This document shows, piece after piece, positions 57,441 through 64,000 of a stretch of DNA of 64,000 bases (positions within the stretch are counted from its first letter, which is position 1; every line of letters starts with the position of its first letter). Source of the stretch: Octopus vulgaris (Eukaryota); the NCBI GenBank assembly GCA_951406725.2, contig OX597833.1:1426001-1490000 (forward strand). Direction: 5' to 3'. The notes under the pieces were generated by a model, which worked only from the letters and a program-made list of their open reading frames with translations, searched no databases and was not told where the DNA came from. Made by a program: the position numbers and the translations under genes.

Positions 57441-58097
57441 CAATAATTCTTTCTAATTTTGGCATAAAGCCAGCAGTACTGAAGGAAATCGATTGCATAT
57501 CCATTAAGTAAATTATTTCATCGAACGCCCAAAACGATAAGCTGACCAATGGTGGGTTTTGAAGTCGGTGGCTGTTCGATATTTTTTGTTCGACGCACTA
57601 ACAATTCTGCCAGCTCCCTTCATTGAATAACGGTTTCTGATTTCGGTAGAAGACCAGTAATATCAAAGGGATGAATATTAGTCGATAGCACTGAGCCTAC
57701 CATTTCCATTGAACGCTCTTTTACCGACTCTCCAACAAGATAAAAGAGAAAACCCTCCGCAACATAATTCGAACCCTGCAAACGTAAAGCGACAGAAAAT
57801 ACTTCTAAGTACTCGTGAGCATTTCTCAATGATGGGGCGTGGCTATTATATGCATCCAAAATATATCTGTGTGACCGGCAATATACTTATATAGATGTAT
57901 ACCCCTCACACCTCTCGTCTGGGCAACCATACCACTGCACATAGTTGCAGCATTGTTCTGCAGACTAACTGAAAACTACTGTGTAGTTTCATAACTATAC
58001 GCCAAGTTTTGTCACACAAAACGATATTTGTTTCATAACACCTATATCTTTATCTAGATGCATACATGCATAATAATACATAATAGTACATACTTAC

Positions 58098-58130
<33 letters not shown>

Positions 58131-59133
58131 TGCCTCTCTGTGTGTGTGCATTCATGGGTGTTTTTGTATTCTTCTTTCCTATTTTTCGCTAATTTTATAT
58201 CATTCCATTTCGATTTCCAGCTATTTTTATGTTATACCCGCTATTTTTCGTATTATCTATGGCATTTTCGCATTATTCGTTCTACATCGCTGTCTGATTT
58301 TTTCCCCTTCATTTTCTTTATTTAAATTTTTTTTTCTATTTCGTTGTTCGGTATTATTATATTACTGCTTAATTCAGTTTGCTTTTTTTTCTTTTAGTTA
58401 TTTTCATATTTGATTTCTTTCTCTTTATTTCCTCCATGCTAATATTTTTTGTCTTCTTTACAACGTTGATTTATTTCGTTTTTCGTCATGTTACGTCGAT
58501 CAATTTTTTTTAGCAACTCTTTTACTTTTCTTCGTTTTTTTTCATTCATTACATGCTATACGTTCGCGGTTTATCTTATTTTAAGCTATTTCTATATCAT
58601 CCCATTACAGATCCAGCTTTTTGTATGTTCTTTTTTTATTTAATTTTTGTTGTTCTTTTCCTTTAGCTTAAATATCCAAATTCATGTGTTCGATATTAAG
58701 AAAAAACCCCAAAACAAAACTAAAACAAATATCAACGATATATCTATTCCAGACGTGTAACATTTTATTTCCACTTTCATACACATATTTCTATAAAAAA
58801 TATGGCTGTCTCAATTCATCAGGATAGATTACCGACAGACCAAATGCCAATAGTTCGACTCGTATCTCCTCTACAGAGACCAATCACAGAATTTGTAAAA
58901 CATTTAGCTATGTCATTTTCCGTTCTAGGTTCGAACCCCGCTGGAGTTAACCATTTCAACTCTTCAAGCAATTTTCTCTCGGCTTATTTTCGAACATGAG
59001 GTCACCGTCAAGATTTGAATGGAGCAGTTACATGTATATTATCACCTTTATTTGCCACAGCCTATTCTCTAAATGTACCACATGGTTCTGTTCAATCGAG
59101 GGGAATAATAAATCGATGATGAGAACGTATAAT

Positions 59134-59194
<61 letters not shown>

Positions 59195-59280
59195 GGCACG
59201 CACGCACATATATATGTGTGTCATGATTGACCGTTAGCTCCAAAAGCTTTTTTTATTCTCTTTGTTTATTTCCTCATATT

Positions 59281-59318
59281 CCTTTCTGTTGAAGAGCGTA
59301 GGCTCGAAATGTAAAAGA
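59281..59318 (+). ncRNA. Hammerhead-like motif (A6U family, copy 5; element about 59250-59410)
   Basis: CCTTT-CTGTTGA-A-GAGC gtag GCTC-GAAA-TG-TA-AAAGA. Confidence 0.55.
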
Positions 59319-59635
59319 CCTTCTCACCTTCCCCAACGTTAAACTAATACAGCTCTTTGTTGTTTATACAGCTGTTTTTCTTCTTTTGTTTTTCTAGAAA
59401 TTTCAACTATATATGTATATAAGTATGTATATAAATTAAGTATATATATATATATATATATAAAAATATATATAGAAATATATATGTAAATATGAATGTG
59501 TGTCTGTGTTTGTATGTAAGAGTATGTGGCTATCTTAACCGTATTCAGGGCTCCAAGATCTGGTAATAAAATTGAGAAATTTAACCCTGAACTGAAAGAC
59601 TATCCGTTTTGTTAACAACAAACTACCCGCTAAAC

Positions 59636-59968
59636 CAGGGGTTCTTAACCATCTTATTAATCTATGAACCCCTTTGATTACTATTTTATTCTGATGGACC
59701 CCTATAACTATCTTATGCTGAAAACCTAGTTGTATAGAAACTTCTTTCAAACTTCTTATTTTGTTTTGCATACATAACCTTGTATAGGTTCGACTAAGTA
59801 AAGTGTTAAAGAAAGAAACCCAGCTGTTTGTTGCAATACTTACCAATGCTTACATCTAAAGCAATAATATTTTCAGGACCCCGTGAAATACTATTTTGGA
59901 TCCCCAATTTACTATTTTGCTACGTGGACCAAGGTAAATCTTGAATGGACCCTGGTTGAAAACCACTA
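59636..59968. mobile_element. hAT (Charlie-like) MITE
   Basis: TIRs CAGGGGTTCTTAACC / GGTTGAAAACCACTA, degenerate 8-bp TSD CGCTAAAC / CCCTAAAT, internal GGACCCC motifs. Confidence 0.7.
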
Positions 59969-61592
59969 CCCTAAATGCTTGCAAGGCCCCATATTTCTGC
60001 CACAATAAGAATAAATTCGTAATGAGAACGGACCCTCTGACGGGTTTCTACGTAGTTTCTGTCTTACCGCAAGGCTTGCATTCAGAATGAATTTCAACCT
60101 ATGACATCCGTCATTCGTTACAAAAAACATCTACATGATACAAATCTTTTGATAGGTTTTCAATCTTTGGCCTATGACCAACAAGGGGTACCACATTCAA
60201 TAGTAATCGAATGGATCTTATCGATTTCATTAATTGCATTACACACTCTGCACTGCGATTGAACGCAGCTTTCATATAAAGCTTTGAATGATATTTAAAA
60301 TATTATGGAACCTCAATCTGGTTATCAAATTTTAGAATCAGCGTTCAAAGTTGCTGCAAAGAATTAAAAATACTCAAGAAAATGGTATTCTGTGGAATTT
60401 GAGCATCGGATCTTTTAGATTGTTATCTCAGGAATGTCTGCTCGTTCGTTCTTCAAAAAATTTCAATTAGCAGAATTATAATTGTCAAATATTCAGTACA
60501 AGTAATACTCGATTTTATTTTCTCATTTGTTTTATTTCATTATTTTACTGAAGTCATTCAATAATTTTCAAATTTTGATATCTTAATTTTTGATTTTCAT
60601 TCTTATACTTTTTCCATGAAAAAACATAATCGAATATTAGAATTGGACAGTGATGATACAGAGTCGAAATTCTTCAAGTATTAAATTAAGATCATTAATG
60701 AACTTAAAATATCAACTTGATATTCCAAAAGATAACACTCGATATTCTTCACAAAATTTCTAAGAATGAAAATAATATTTCATCTAATTAAGTTTTGCGA
60801 CGGACTTCCAAAGCTCATTTCAATTTAGTTTTTCTGTCAAAGCCTCCTAAGTTCTGTATAATGATTCTGTTAGAAATGAATATGATTTGCTTCTGAAAAT
60901 AAACATTTAAAATGTCTTGTGTGACACAAATAGTTTCTTTGACAAACATGGTGGTTTTCATTAAGATGAAAAGAACATAAGAGATATTATTATAGATGGA
61001 GACTTGTCTTGCGAAACCTACAAAATGAATGATATAGTGTAGTGGGATAAACGCTTGCACTATTTTCTACGTTGTTTAATCAGTAAAACAAGCCGCGTCT
61101 TTGTAAATTATGATATAGAAAAAACAGAAGCAGAATTTATATACGGATTTAATTCCATTGCGTTTTGGTAATATCACGTGGAATCATCGCAGAGCACTAA
61201 TTATATCACGAGCTACGTTTAAGAAAGTAAATCCATAAAAATTATTATTGAAGAACGCGCAATTATAAACGTTCAATAAACACTTGAGTTAGAGTTTAGC
61301 CGGGTTTCAATTTCGATTTGAAGTTAGGGTTAGCTCTTCGGCTAGGGTTACGGTTAGGTTTACGGTTATGTTTAGGCTTATTAAACCATGTTCACGAAGT
61401 TGAGTAAGTTTGTACAGATTCTTTTCAAGACTATCATTTTAATTGTGTGATACGAAATGCTACAGATCTAAAAGCCAAAATGATTCTTGCTTTGGAATTT
61501 AAGAACACAAACTTCAAAACAAATCAGTACTTATTTCTCTTGTCCTCACGATCGATTTCATATGTAAAGTTGATTGAAAGTCACTAACTGAT

Positions 61593-61790
61593 GCTCCATC
61601 GTTTACGACGACGCGTATTCTAATTAAGCTGTTTTACGGAGCAGCCTGCTCGTAAAATTAACGTGTAAGTGGCTGAGCACGTAGTTGTCAGAGAGATTCA
61701 GCGCGACACAAAATGTGACGAGGGCCTTTTGAAATATATGTACTACTCATTCTTGCCATCGAGTTAACTGGAGTAACATGATATAAGGCT
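61593..61790 (-). mobile_element. Old SINE family C 3' part running directly into the satellite
   Basis: Matches 48595-48800. Confidence 0.8.
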
Positions 61791-63425
61791 TCTGGCTCAT
61801 GTAGCGTGAGATAAGGCTTCTGGCTCACGAAGCGGGAGATAAGGCGTCTGGCTCAAGTAGCGTGAGATAAGGCTTCTGGCTTAAGTAGCGTGAGATAAGG
61901 CTTCTGGCTCAAGTAGCGTGAGATAAGGCTTCTGGCTCAAGTAGCGTGAGATAAGGCTTCTGGCTCAAGTAGCGTGAGATAAGGCGTCTGGCTCAAGTAG
62001 CGCGAGATAAGGCTTCTGGCTCAAGTAGCGTGAGATAAGGCTTCTGGCTCAAGTAGTGTGAGATAAGGCTTCTGGCTCAAGTAGCGTGAGATAAGGCTTC
62101 TGGTTCAAGTAGCGTGAGATAAGGCTTCTGGCTCAAGTAGCGTGAGATAAGGCTTCTGGTTCAAGTAGCGTGAGATAAGGCTTCTGGCTCAAGTAGCGCG
62201 AGATAAGGCTTCTGGCTCACGTAGCGTAAGAAAAGGCTTCTGGCTCAAGTAGCGCGAGATAAGGCTTCTGGCTCAAGTAGCGTGAGATAAGGCTTCTGGC
62301 TCAAGTAGCGGGAGATAAGGCGTCTGGCTCAAGTAGCGTGAGATACGACTTCTGGGTCAAGTAGCGTGAGATAAGGCTTCTGGCTCAAGTAGCGCGAGAT
62401 AAGGCTTTTGGCTCAAGTAGCATGAGATAAGGCTTCTGGCTCAAGTAGCGGGAGATAAGGCGTCTGGCTCAAGTAGCGGGAGATAAGGCGTCTGGCTCAA
62501 GTAGCGTGAGATACGGCTTCTAGCCCAAGTAGCGTGAGATAGGGCTTCTGGGTCAAGTAGCGTGAGATAAGGCTTCTGGCTCAAGTAGCGTGAGATAAGG
62601 CTTCTGACTCAAGTAGCGTGAGATAAGGCTTCTGGCTCAAGTAGCGTGAGATAAGGCTTCTGGCTCAAGTAGCGTGAGATAAGGCTTCTGGCTCAAGCAG
62701 CGTGAGATAGGGCTTCTGGCTCAAGTAGCGTGAGATAAGGCGTCTGGCTCAAGTAGCTGGAGATAAGGCTTCTGGCTCAAGTAGCGTGAGATAAGGCTTC
62801 TGGCTCAAGTAGCGGGAGATAAGGCTTCTGGCTCAAGTAGCGTGAGATAAGGCTTCTGGCTCAAGTAGCGTGAGATAAGGCTTCTGGCTCAAGTAGCGTG
62901 AGATAAGCCGTCTGGCTCAAGTAGCAGGAGATAAGGCTTCTGGCTCATGTAGCGTGAGATAAGGCTTCTGGCTCACGAAGCGGGAGATAAGGCTTCTGGC
63001 TCAAGTAGCGTGAGATAAGGCTTCTGGCTCAAGTAGCGTGAGATAAGGCTTCTGGCTCAAGTAGTGTGAGATAAAGGGTCTGGCTCAAGTAGTGTGAGAT
63101 AAGGCTTCTGGCTCAAGTAGCGTGAGATAAGGCTTCTGGCTCAAGTAGCGTGAGATAAGGCTTCTGGCTCAAGAAGCGGGAGATAAGGCTTCTGGCTGAA
63201 GTAGCGTGAGATAAGGCGTCTGGCTCAAGTAGCGGGAGATAAGGCGTCTGGCTCAAGTAGCGTGAGATACGGCTTCTAGCTCAAGTAGCGTGAGATAAGG
63301 CTTCTGGCTCAAGTAGCGTGAGATAAGGCTTCTGGCTCAAGTAGCGTGAGATAAGGCTTCTGGCTCAAGTAGTGTGAGATAAGGCTTCTGGCTCAAGTAG
63401 TGTGAGATAAAGTGTCTGGCTCAAG
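61779..63425. repeat. 28-bp minisatellite, about 58-59 units, consensus GTAGCGTGAGATAAGGCTTCTGGCTCAA
   Basis: Contiguous units with no spacers. Confidence 0.98.
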
Positions 63426-63540
63426 AAATTTACCCGACATTAAATTTGCAACGCACAAAATAATCTATGTATTTAAATTTAAGGTGTAATAGATAACCAA
63501 GAGAAATAATAGACGTAGCCGAATTGCAAATGGGTGAAAA

Positions 63541-63960
63541 TACGAATTGGTATCACAAAGTTCCCGGACTAGTTCTGTAGCACACCAACAGATGGCAGCA
63601 CACCGTTGTGTGTATATCGAGAGCTTGTGGTGACCTCCATGCGGCAGTGTGCCGAGAGACATCACAATGTTTACTTCGTAAGTTATGAAATTTGTGTTTT
63701 TGTGATCACGTGTATGGTGGAGTCTGCGATTTTGTCATAGACGGAAACAAAGAGTCAGTATAAAATTTTGTTTTAAACTTGGGAAGTCTGCTACAGAGGC
63801 ATTGAGCATGATTCGACAAGGTTATGGCGACGAGGAAATGGGTCAAGCACAATGTTTCGAGTTGCACAAGATGGTTATTTCGAAGGAGACGAGGCTAAAA
63901 TTAAGTTATTGTTTCTCATTAAACACAAATAGTCCAGGGACAATTCGATACGACCGCGCA
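63541..63960 (+). mobile_element. Internally deleted mariner transposon
   Basis: Degenerate 31-bp TIRs (63541-63571, 63930-63960). N-terminal HTH KQRVSIKFCFKLGKSATEALSMIRQGYGDEEMGQAQCFELHK is joined to the C-terminal YFEGD. Confidence 0.88.
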
Positions 63961-64000
63961 CTAGCTATTAGGACTGAGGTGTTTAGGTGTTCATAAGTTC

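Noticed and set aside
61779-63425. CRISPR array
   Set aside because: The 28-bp units are contiguous with no unique spacers, there are no cas genes, the context is eukaryotic, and the unit derives from a SINE

Overview
AT-rich, gene-poor eukaryotic DNA, most likely from a coleoid cephalopod (octopus-like). That assignment is inferred from the SINE types and microsatellite load and was not tested. No intact host protein-coding gene is supported, and nearly all ORFs in the track are translations of microsatellites. The window is a mosaic of: several tRNA-derived SINE families; very long (TA)n, (CAT)n, (GAA)n and (AAT)n tracts; two decayed R4/Dong-type RLE LINEs in (AAT)n; a CR1-group LINE 3' end; a non-autonomous Helitron; a deleted mariner; MITEs; and a 28-bp satellite that grew out of a SINE. 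The most notable hidden signal is a population of about 14 type I hammerhead-ribozyme (HHR) motifs on both strands. They lie in short non-coding elements resembling Penelope-like-element pseudo-LTRs or retrozymes, arranged as inverted or partial-tandem repeats. Most have a palindromic stem III. Some carry core variants (A6U, U4C, G3:C8 swap), and one family has a small retained intron-like segment just after the cleavage site. All folds were read by eye and need computational and biochemical confirmation.
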